Of a stretch of DNA of 64,000 bases, positions 56,550-64,000 are shown piece after piece. The position numbers and the translations under genes are program-made. This DNA comes from an uncultured Actinomycetes bacterium. GTDB lineage: Bacteria; Actinomycetota; UBA4738; HRBIN12. Each line of letters opens with the position of its first letter. Within the stretch, counting starts at the first letter, position 1. The notes under the pieces were generated by a model that worked only from the letters and a program-made list of their open reading frames with translations, ran no database searches and was not told the origin of the DNA. Location of the stretch: NCBI GenBank assembly GCA_963734685.1, contig CAVTIC010000001.1:270417-334416 (forward strand). Reading direction: 5' to 3'.

Positions 56550-57773
56550 CTATCGAGTGACGGCGAACGGCACGACCTGTGCGCCGTCCTTCCATACCTG
56601 TTCGATCCGTGACTCGAGGGTGTCGAACACGAGGGGGTCGCCGTCGACCACCACGAGGTCGGCCCGCTTGCCCGGCTCGATCGTGCCGAGTTCCGAGTCG
56701 AGACCCATCAGCTCGGCCGCGCTGGATGTCGCCGCTACCAACGCCTGCGTGGGCGTGAACCCGTGCGCTGCCATGTGCGCCAGCTCGTTCAGGTTCGTGC
56801 CGTGCGGCGAGACCGGGCAGTCGGTGCCCATCGCGACCCTCACACCGGCCTCGGCCGCCAGCTGCATCGCGTCGAACTCCGGGCGCCCCAGCCCCCGCAT
56901 CTTCTCGCGGACCGCAGGCTGCACCTTGGGATCGTTCGCGATCGCCTCGGTCGTGTCGCCGGCAGTGAGCGTCGGCACGAGCCAGGTCCCGCGTTCGGCC
57001 ATCATCGCCGCGGCCTCCTCGTCGAGGTAGGTGCCGTGATCGATCGAGCGCACGCCGGCGCGAACCGCCCGCTTGATGCCCTCGGGCCCGTGGGCGTGCG
57101 ACATCACCCATGTGCCGAGGTCGGCCGCCGTGCGCACGATCGCGTCGACCTCTTCCTGCGAGTAGTTCGGCGCCATCGGATCGTCGGCAGGTGAGAGGAA
57201 CCCGCCCGACGAGGCGATCTTGACCACGTCGGCGCCGGCACGGATCACCTCGCGCACCTTCGCACTGACGCCGTCCACACCGTCGCAGACACCCGACGGC
57301 ATGCCCGGGTACTCGACGCCGAAGATGCCGTGGATGCCGCTCGGAAGCCACGGATCGTTGTGCCCGCCGGTCATCGAAAGCATCGTCACCGAGACCTGCA
57401 TCCGCGGGCCGACGAGGGCTCCTTCCTCGATCGCGGCCTTCAGACCGGCGTCGGCACCGGCGGCGTCACGCACGGTGGTGATGCCGAGCGCGAGCGTGCG
57501 ACGAAGGTTCTCGGCCATGCGGAAGAACGCGAGCGAGAACGGCTCCTGCATGCGCGCGTACTCGTCGAAGTCCTCGTAGCGGAACGCGAGGTGCACGTGG
57601 CAATCGAACAGGCCCGGCAGCAGCGCCCGACCGGTACAGTCGACGCCGTCGTCGCCGTCGAGGCCGGGCCCGACATCGACGATGCGACCGTCGTCGATCA
57701 CGACGTCGGCCGCGGCCGGCGCAACCCCCGTGCCGTCGAAGACCACCCCGCCGTGGAACACCATCCTGCCCAC
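56550..57773 (-). CDS. metal-dependent amidohydrolase (imidazolonepropionase/Xaa-Pro-dipeptidase-like)
   Basis: HxH (FDCHVHL), …VKI…, …HAHG…, and …GTD… metal-ligand blocks of the amidohydrolase superfamily. Confidence 0.75.
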   Translation of the reverse strand: MGRMVFHGGVVFDGTGVAPAAADVVIDDGRIVDVGPGLDGDDGVDCTGRALLPGLFDCHVHLAFRYEDFDEYARMQEPFSLAFFRMAENLRRTLALGITTVRDAAGADAGLKAAIEEGALVGPRMQVSVTMLSMTGGHNDPWLPSGIHGIFGVEYPGMPSGVCDGVDGVSAKVREVIRAGADVVKIASSGGFLSPADDPMAPNYSQEEVDAIVRTAADLGTWVMSHAHGPEGIKRAVRAGVRSIDHGTYLDEEAAAMMAERGTWLVPTLTAGDTTEAIANDPKVQPAVREKMRGLGRPEFDAMQLAAEAGVRVAMGTDCPVSPHGTNLNELAHMAAHGFTPTQALVAATSSAAELMGLDSELGTIEPGKRADLVVVDGDPLVFDTLESRIEQVWKDGAQVVPFAVTR

Positions 57774-57845
57774 CGGTTCACGCCTCCTTCGAACGCCGAC
57801 CTAGACTCGGGCCGAAACCCTATCTGCCCCGAGGAGTGATCGACG

Positions 57846-59018
57846 TTGGACCTTCGACTCGCGCCCGATGACCGGGCCCTTCAGGAGAAGGCGCGCGGGT
57901 TCACCGACCAGGTGCTGGTGCCGCTCGAGGACGAGTGTGAGATCAACGACGGTCTCACGCCGGAGAGCGCGGCCACGGCGAAGCAAGCGGTGCTCGAACG
58001 GGGTTTCAACGGCATCAACCACTCGTCTCACGATGGCGGCCAGGGCTACGACACCTTCCAGCAGATGCTGATCGAGGAACAGTGGGGCCGGGCGACCGGA
58101 GCCCTCTGGGACATCCCCTGGCGCCCGTCGATCCCTCTCGCGCACGGCACCGAGGAACAGAAGGAACGGTTCCTGCGTCCGGCGATCAGGGGTGAACGCC
58201 GGGACGCCTATGCGATCACCGAGGAAGGCGCGGGCTCCGACGTGACCGCCGTGGCGACGACCGCGCGGCGCGACGGCGCCGGGTGGGTGCTCGACGGCGA
58301 GAAGTGGCACGTGACGAGCGGCGACGTCGCGGACTTCTTCCTCGTGCACGCCCACGTCGACGGTGATCCGGCGAAGGCGACCGTGTTCCTGGTCGACAAG
58401 GACACTCCCGGGGTACGCCTCGTGCGCACGCCGAAGTACACGCACACGTTCGTCTTCGAGCACCCGATCTTCGCGTTCGAGGGCGTGCGGCTCGGTGAGG
58501 ACCGCGTCCTCGGCGAGGTCGGGGAGGGGTTCGAGCTCACGAAGGACTGGTTCGTCGAGGAACGGATCATGATCGGGGCCCGGACGATGGGCGCGAGCGC
58601 CCGTGCGCTCGAGCTCTCGCTGGCGTTCGCCCTGGAACGCCGGCAGTTCGGCAGGCCGATCGTCGAGTTCCAGGCGATCGAGTTCATGCTCGCCGACATG
58701 GCGGCAGAGATCGCCGCGGCGAAGTCTCTGCTCTACCGCGTGTGTTGGAACGCCGCTCGCGGCGATGCATCGAGGAAGGAAACGCACGCGATGGCGAGCG
58801 CCGTGAAGCTCGTCTGCAGCGAGACGGCGGGGAGGGTGATCGACAAGGCCGTGCAGATCTTCGGCGGCCGAGGGTACATGCGCGAGCAGCCGGTGGAGCG
58901 CATGTACCGGGAGCTCCGCGTCGATCGCATCTGGGAGGGCACGAGCGAGATCCAGCGGGTCGTCATCGGCAACGAGCTACGCAAACGTGGAACCCGCACC
59001 TACACCGGGTGGCCGTAG
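57846..59018 (+). CDS. acyl-CoA dehydrogenase family protein
   Basis: …YAITEEGAGSDV…, …QIFGGRGY…; TTG start with GAGGAG RBS. Confidence 0.8.
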   Translation: MDLRLAPDDRALQEKARGFTDQVLVPLEDECEINDGLTPESAATAKQAVLERGFNGINHSSHDGGQGYDTFQQMLIEEQWGRATGALWDIPWRPSIPLAHGTEEQKERFLRPAIRGERRDAYAITEEGAGSDVTAVATTARRDGAGWVLDGEKWHVTSGDVADFFLVHAHVDGDPAKATVFLVDKDTPGVRLVRTPKYTHTFVFEHPIFAFEGVRLGEDRVLGEVGEGFELTKDWFVEERIMIGARTMGASARALELSLAFALERRQFGRPIVEFQAIEFMLADMAAEIAAAKSLLYRVCWNAARGDASRKETHAMASAVKLVCSETAGRVIDKAVQIFGGRGYMREQPVERMYRELRVDRIWEGTSEIQRVVIGNELRKRGTRTYTGWP

Positions 59019-59114
59019 CGGTCGTCGGGGTGTCGTCGCCGGGCCGCATCCGGCCCGGCGAGCGCCTGACCTTCGTCGGCAGTCGACGACGCCGCCCACC
59101 CGCACTATGGCGAC

Positions 59115-60794
59115 ATGAGCGCTTTCCCGGTGTTCACATCGCTCCGCGGGTATCGGCGGGGGTGGTTGCGCGCCGACCTCACGGCGGGCGTGCTGATCGT
59201 CGCGATCGCGATCCCGCTCAGCATGGGCATGGCCGAGGTGGCCGGCATGCCGCCGATCGCCGGGCTGTACTCCTGCGTGCTGCCGCTCGTCGCGTACGCG
59301 GCCTTCGGCTCCTCGCGCCAGCTCGTGATCGCGCTCGACGCGTCGACGGCCGCCATCGTCGCCGCCACCGTCGCGCCGCTGGCCGGTGGAGACCCGATCG
59401 TCTACGCGGCCCTGGCCGGCGGACTCACACTGCTCACCGGCGCGATCCTGCTGGCGTGCGGGGTGCTACGGCTCGGCGTGGTCGCGGATTTCCTCTCGGA
59501 ACCCGTCCTGCTCGGTTACCAGGCGGGCCTCGCGATCGTCGTGATCGCGAGTCAGCTGCCGCGCATGCTCGGCGTGCCGATCGACGCCGGGACGACGGCC
59601 GGGCGCTACGCCGAGGCCATCTCCTCGATCGACGAGGCCAACGCGTGGTCGATCGCGATCGCGCTCGGCACGTTGGTCGCCGTGCTCGCGCTCCGTCACT
59701 GGCGCCCGACCGTGCCCGGCGCGCTGGTGGCTGTCGCCGCGACGGCGATCCTCGTGGACCTCGGGAACCTCCAGGCCCGCGGGGTGATGGTCGTCGGTGA
59801 CCTCCCCTCCGGGTTCCCGCCGATCGGCGTGCCCGACCTGTCGCTCGCCGACCTCGGCGAGTTGCTCGGGGGGGCCGCAGCGATCGCTCTCGTTGCCGCG
59901 GCCGACACGCTCGTGAGCAGCCGTGCGTTCGCGGCGCGCAACGGGTACGAGGTGAACGCGAACCGCGACCTCGTGGGCCTCGGCTCGGCGAACATCAGCG
60001 CCGGCCTCTCCGGAGGCATCACGGTCAGCGCGAGCGCGGCGCGCACCGCCGTCGCGGAGTCCGCAGGGTCGCGCTCGCAGCTCGCCGGGCTCACGGCGGC
60101 CGCACTGATGGCGGTCGTGCTCGTGGCGTTCACGGACCTCCTGCGCGACGTGCCGCTCCCCGCGCTCGCAGCCGTGGTGACCGCGGCGGTGCTCCGCCTC
60201 TTCGAGCCGCGCGCGATGCGGACGTTGTTGCGCGTGCGACGTGCCGAGTTCGCGATCGCGATCGCGGCCATGGCCGGCGTCGCGCTGATCGGGGTATTGG
60301 AAGGGGTCGTGATCGCCATGGCGTTGTCGCTGGTCGACTTCGTGGGGCGCACGAGCCGGCCCCACGACGCGGTGCTCGGGATCGTCCCGGAGCGCGCAGG
60401 CTTCCACGACGTGTCACGGGTGCGCGACTCGCGCATCCCGTCCGGCGCGCTCGTCTACCGGTTCGACGCCCCGCTGTTCTACGCGAACGCAGAGCGGTTC
60501 CGCTCCCGGGTTCGGGGGCTCACCCGCCGCCGACGGGACCTCCGCATCGTGGTGATCGAGGCGTCGACGATCCCGGATGTCGACGTCACGGCGGCGCGCA
60601 TGCTCGGCGAGCTCCAGCAGGAACTCGCCGGGCGCGGAGTACGGCTCGTGATCGCCGAGGCCGTCGGCCAGGTGCGAGACCTGCTCGTGAGCGACGAGCT
60701 GAAGGAGGATTTCGACGCAACGGACATGTTCGACTCGGTCGAGGAAGCTCTCGCGTCGCGGGACGCGGCACCCAGCTCGCCGCCGCTGCGATGA
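59115..60794 (+). CDS. SulP-family anion permease with C-terminal STAS domain
   Basis: Multi-TM N-terminal domain with SulP motifs and a C-terminal STAS (…LVYRFDAPLFYANAE…). Confidence 0.8.
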   Translation: MSAFPVFTSLRGYRRGWLRADLTAGVLIVAIAIPLSMGMAEVAGMPPIAGLYSCVLPLVAYAAFGSSRQLVIALDASTAAIVAATVAPLAGGDPIVYAALAGGLTLLTGAILLACGVLRLGVVADFLSEPVLLGYQAGLAIVVIASQLPRMLGVPIDAGTTAGRYAEAISSIDEANAWSIAIALGTLVAVLALRHWRPTVPGALVAVAATAILVDLGNLQARGVMVVGDLPSGFPPIGVPDLSLADLGELLGGAAAIALVAAADTLVSSRAFAARNGYEVNANRDLVGLGSANISAGLSGGITVSASAARTAVAESAGSRSQLAGLTAAALMAVVLVAFTDLLRDVPLPALAAVVTAAVLRLFEPRAMRTLLRVRRAEFAIAIAAMAGVALIGVLEGVVIAMALSLVDFVGRTSRPHDAVLGIVPERAGFHDVSRVRDSRIPSGALVYRFDAPLFYANAERFRSRVRGLTRRRRDLRIVVIEASTIPDVDVTAARMLGELQQELAGRGVRLVIAEAVGQVRDLLVSDELKEDFDATDMFDSVEEALASRDAAPSSPPLR

Positions 60795-60809
60795 CGAGCG
60801 GGCCGGCCG

Positions 60810-61199
60810 TCAGGAACCGACGAACAGCTGTCGACTGAGCGGCGCCTGCATCACGTCGAGCCAGGCGAGCACCGGGTAAGTGAGCGCGAAGGTGCCGCAC
60901 AGCACCGCGACCACCGACGACGGGTTGGCGGTGCCCCCGATCCAGGAGAGGACAGCGGCAACCAGCGCGACCGCGCCCAGGAGCGCGGCGAGCATGATCA
61001 GGTTCTCGCGCATCGGCCCACCGTGCGTGATCTCGTACCCGTACTCGCCGACCAGCGGCGAGAACGGACGCTGTTGATAGAGCCACAACAGGGCGGTGAT
61101 GGCAGCCCCCGCGACTCCGCTGAGGACGGCGATGATGCCCAGACCGTTACTCGGCTTCTCGATGGCTCCGATCGCGATGTTCATGTCGGTATCGAACAT
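60810..61199 (-). CDS. small hypothetical membrane protein
   Basis: Internal ATG (MFDTDMNIAIG…). Three hydrophobic helices. Confidence 0.4.
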   Translation of the reverse strand: MFDTDMNIAIGAIEKPSNGLGIIAVLSGVAGAAITALLWLYQQRPFSPLVGEYGYEITHGGPMRENLIMLAALLGAVALVAAVLSWIGGTANPSSVVAVLCGTFALTYPVLAWLDVMQAPLSRQLFVGS

Positions 61200-61245
61200 C
61201 CCCCGAGGCGCGCGCGCAACGGCTGGAAGCCCTAAGGCCGACGAC

Positions 61246-61932
61246 TCACGTGCCGTCGAGGCAGCCGCGCACCTCGTCGGGGAGACCCGGGATCTCGAGC
61301 CCTGCGCCACCGTTCACGAAGTCGTACGGGATCCCCCGCCACTGGCCCGGAAGCCCCGGGTAGACGACGGGGTGGGTGTCGGCCGAGTCCCACTGGAACC
61401 CTGTCCAATCGGGTGAGCGGAACCCCCGGGAGTCGTAGGGCGCCACCGCGGCGAGGCCTCGGCCGAACCGGCGCGCCTCGACGATGAACCGGCCCTGATA
61501 GCTCCAATCCGACTTCACGTAGAGCTTGATGTACCACCGCTCGATCTCGAGGATGTACCCCTTGTCGGACGGAGGTGACTCGGGGCCGGTGAAGTGACGC
61601 ATGTCGACGACGACGAACTCGCCGTCGACCGGCGCCGTGCGCCGCACGATGCCCAGCGGATCGGTGAACAGCGGCGTGCCACGGGCGGGGGTCTGCCAAC
61701 CCTCCACGCAGGTCTCCGAGGGAGCGCCCCGCGTGGCCGGCACCTTCCCGGGGATCGAAGGGCGAGTGGGCGATGGTGCGGCGCTTCCCGACGGCGTGAA
61801 CGCCTCGGTCGGGCTCGGCGAGCCGGCAGAGGAGGTGCCGCCGACGCCGTTCCCACCCGCACCGTCGCCGTCGCCCTGGCAGCCCGACGCGAGCATCGCG
61901 AACGCCACGATCGCGACGATGAACCTACGCAT
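61246..61932 (-). CDS. lipoprotein, unknown function
   Basis: Internal ATG at 61932 (MRRFIVAIVAFAMLASGC lipobox). Gly/Ser/Pro-rich linker, then a globular domain. Confidence 0.5.
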   Translation of the reverse strand: MRRFIVAIVAFAMLASGCQGDGDGAGGNGVGGTSSAGSPSPTEAFTPSGSAAPSPTRPSIPGKVPATRGAPSETCVEGWQTPARGTPLFTDPLGIVRRTAPVDGEFVVVDMRHFTGPESPPSDKGYILEIERWYIKLYVKSDWSYQGRFIVEARRFGRGLAAVAPYDSRGFRSPDWTGFQWDSADTHPVVYPGLPGQWRGIPYDFVNGGAGLEIPGLPDEVRGCLDGT

Positions 61933-62063
61933 CGCTCGACGTCGACGGGCGGCGGTTTCTCCCTGTTCCTGCACGGCAGGAAGTATCGGGGCGCGGTGTG
62001 ACGAAGCTGTGTCCACGGTGGGCCAAGGATAGCGATGGCCCGGCGGCTTGATAGAAAGGAGGC

Positions 62064-63470
62064 GTGCCCGAACACATGCATCCCCGCGACGAGGAGCGAG
62101 ACGCGTCGCACCCGATCCCCTACACACGCCGACGGTTCCTGCAGGGCTCGGCCATGGCTGTCGCCGGCGGCGTGCTCTTCTCGTGCACGGGCGGCTCGGT
62201 GGTGCCGACGCTCGGCGACCCCACGCCCGAGATCGACACCGCGACGCCGATCAAACGCGTCGTCTACGTGATGCTCGAGAACCGGAGCTTCAACAACCTG
62301 TTCGGCAAGTTCCCGGGCGTCGAGGGCACCACGATCGGCGTCGAGTACGGCCGGGAACGGCCGTTGGTCCGATGCCCCGAGTGGCTGCCGAGCGACATCC
62401 CGCACGACCGCGCCGCCCACCTGAACTGCCTCAACGGCGACAAGATGGACGGGTTCGGCAACGACGCGGCGGGCTTCAACTACGCGTACTCCGTGTTCGA
62501 CGAGGATCAGATCCCGAACTACTGGACCTGGGCGCGCGAGTACGCGCTCTCCGATCACTTCTTCGCGAGCGTCGGTGGTCCGTCCTACCCGAACCACTAC
62601 TACTTCATCGCGGGGCAGTCGGGCGGCGTGATCGACAACCCCGAGAACATCGAGACACGCGTGACCGGCGGCAAGCGGTTCAAGAGTTGGGGGTGCGACG
62701 CGCTCGGCGACGACGTCTTCGTCTTCGTGAAGGACGATAAGGGCAACCTCACGAAGCACGACACCTGCTTCAGCTACCGCACGGTCGGCCAACAGCTCTC
62801 CGACATCGGCGTCGACTGGGCCTACTACTCGGCCTCAGAAGGCCAGGTCGGCTACTTCTGGAACGCCTACAACGGCATCGGCGACGTGTTCCACACCGAC
62901 ATGTGGACAGAGCACATGCGGCCCGTCGACCGCATCGTGCCCGACATCGAGGCCGGGAAGCTCCCGGCCGTCACGTGGATCACGCCACGATTCGAGCTGA
63001 GCGACCACCCCCCCTACTCCACCGGGCACGCCCACAACTGGGTGAGCGAGCTCGTGAACTCCGTGATGCGCAGCCCGATGTGGGAGCACACCGCGATCTT
63101 CGTCACGTGGGACGAGTGGGGCGGCTTCTACGACCCGGTGCTGCCGCCCGCGGTCGACGACCTGGGCCTCGGCGTGCGGGTGCCGCTGCTCACGATCAGC
63201 CCGTACACGCAGCGCGGCGTCATCGACAGCGAGGTGGGGGAGTTCTCGACCCCACTGCGGTTCATCTCCGACAACTGGGGCCTGCCGTACCTGACCCCTC
63301 GCATCGAGCGCACGCACTCGTTCGAGCACGTCTTCGACTTCAAGCAGAAACCCCGCGCCCCGGTGTTCGGTCGCAAGACCGCGCCGGCCTTCGGCGGCGC
63401 CTTCGCGTTCCCCGACGGCTACGACGGCTGGAAGCCCGGCGTCGAGCCCGAGATGGATCACTTCCTGTAG
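62064..63470 (+). CDS. Tat-secreted phosphoesterase-family protein (phospholipase C / AcpA acid-phosphatase family)
   Basis: Twin-arginine signal (RRRFLQGSAMAVAGG). Phosphoesterase-family blocks (…VYVMLENRSFNNLFG…, …VTWDEWGGFYD…). GTG at 62064 follows GAAAGGAGG; the ATG at 62076 is the alternative. Confidence 0.75.
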   Translation: MPEHMHPRDEERDASHPIPYTRRRFLQGSAMAVAGGVLFSCTGGSVVPTLGDPTPEIDTATPIKRVVYVMLENRSFNNLFGKFPGVEGTTIGVEYGRERPLVRCPEWLPSDIPHDRAAHLNCLNGDKMDGFGNDAAGFNYAYSVFDEDQIPNYWTWAREYALSDHFFASVGGPSYPNHYYFIAGQSGGVIDNPENIETRVTGGKRFKSWGCDALGDDVFVFVKDDKGNLTKHDTCFSYRTVGQQLSDIGVDWAYYSASEGQVGYFWNAYNGIGDVFHTDMWTEHMRPVDRIVPDIEAGKLPAVTWITPRFELSDHPPYSTGHAHNWVSELVNSVMRSPMWEHTAIFVTWDEWGGFYDPVLPPAVDDLGLGVRVPLLTISPYTQRGVIDSEVGEFSTPLRFISDNWGLPYLTPRIERTHSFEHVFDFKQKPRAPVFGRKTAPAFGGAFAFPDGYDGWKPGVEPEMDHFL

Positions 63471-63489
63471 ATCCGGAGGGAGGCACGAC

Positions 63490-64000
63490 ATGGAAGAGGC
63501 CGGTGCCGGAGGGTTCCCGCGGTTCGACCTCGAGGGTAAGACGGCGCTCGTCACGGGGGCGGCGCGAGGGCTCGGGAGAGCGATCAGCCTCGCACTCGCG
63601 AACGCCGGGGCCGACGTCGCGCTCGGTCTGCGCGACGCCGCGGCCGGCGCCGACCTCGCGACCGAGATCGAGGCGATGGGTCGGCGCGTGCTTCGCCTGC
63701 CGATGGACGTGCTCGACCTCGATCAGGTCCGCACGGCGGTCTCCGAGACCGACACGGCGTTCGGCCGGCTCGACGTGCTCGTGAACAACGCGGGGCTCGC
63801 CCCGACGAACCCCGCCGACCACGTGCGGGAGGAGGACTTCGACCTGACGTTCGCCGCGAACGTGAAGGGCACGTTCTTCGCGAGCCAGGCCGCGGCCGTC
63901 GTGATGCGACGTCAGCGTTTCGGCCGCATCGTGAACATGAGCTCCCAGGCGGGATTCGTGGCATTGCCGACAGAGTCGGTCTACTGCGCGTCGAAGGCCG
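63490..64000 (+). CDS. SDR-family oxidoreductase (3' end beyond window)
   Basis: GGAGGGAGG RBS. KTALVTGAARGLGRAI, NNAG, and the beginning of the Y-x-x-x-K region (…SVYCASKA). The frame is open to the window end. Confidence 0.7.
   Translation, partial: MEEAGAGGFPRFDLEGKTALVTGAARGLGRAISLALANAGADVALGLRDAAAGADLATEIEAMGRRVLRLPMDVLDLDQVRTAVSETDTAFGRLDVLVNNAGLAPTNPADHVREEDFDLTFAANVKGTFFASQAAAVVMRRQRFGRIVNMSSQAGFVALPTESVYCASKA

Noticed and set aside
1-64000. tRNA/rRNA/ncRNA genes
   Set aside because: I found no T-loop (GGTTCGAATCC-like) or rRNA-like conserved segments while reading. Only the ilv leader and Rho-independent hairpins were found.

Overview
This is a 64-kb window of high-GC (~70%) chromosomal DNA from an actinobacterium (Actinomycetota). 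It is densely coding on both strands. I found no rRNA, tRNA, transposase or integrase genes and no CRISPR array; the only mobile-like DNA is a few short tandem repeats. Many of the long ORFs in the six-frame track are Arg/Gly-rich antisense artefacts of this GC-rich sequence, and I rejected them.

Genes I am confident of from recognisable family motifs:
- a 5'-truncated urease alpha gene (ureC) at the window start;
- a very large NAD-specific glutamate dehydrogenase;
- a YitJ-like fused homocysteine methyltransferase/MTHFR;
- a branched-chain amino acid supercluster: leuB-cimA, ilvB-ilvN-ilvC-leuA and ilvD;
- serC, a cold-shock protein, a PBP4-type DD-peptidase and a GAF-PAS-GGDEF-EAL c-di-GMP protein;
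- an FNT channel, an ABC-2 exporter, a SulP permease and several amidase, oxidase, amidohydrolase and acyl-CoA dehydrogenase genes.

Observations worth a second look:
1. A textbook-looking transcription attenuator upstream of ilvB: a leaderless 19-codon leader peptide ending Leu-Val-Leu-Ile-Pro, followed by an intrinsic terminator, and then an unexpected 109-codon ORF translationally coupled to ilvB.
2. Single-nucleotide frameshifts in ilvB, ilvC and the sensor end of the c-di-GMP gene, plus an aldo-keto reductase carrying both an amber codon and a frameshift in a G7 run. This is either an assembly-error signature or genuine decay.
3. A degenerate receiver domain fused through one transmembrane helix to an extreme Gly/Asp/His-rich tail. 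The tail is encoded by (GGTGGC)10 and three perfect 39-bp repeats.
4. A USP-USP-Rieske fusion bracketed by two paralogous small membrane proteins.
5. A compact divergent cluster (alpha-oxoamine synthase/SPT-like, a classical SDR, a C45 acyl-CoA acyltransferase, a class-III aminotransferase and a VOC protein). It has the enzymology for an N-acyl amino-alcohol (sphingoid-like) lipid. I rank this the most likely undescribed system in the window.
6. A 25-bp x3.5 tandem repeat that overlaps a stop codon between tandem paralogous FAD oxidases and an FNT/ABC transporter module.

All functional assignments are from motif and family recognition by eye. No database search was run.
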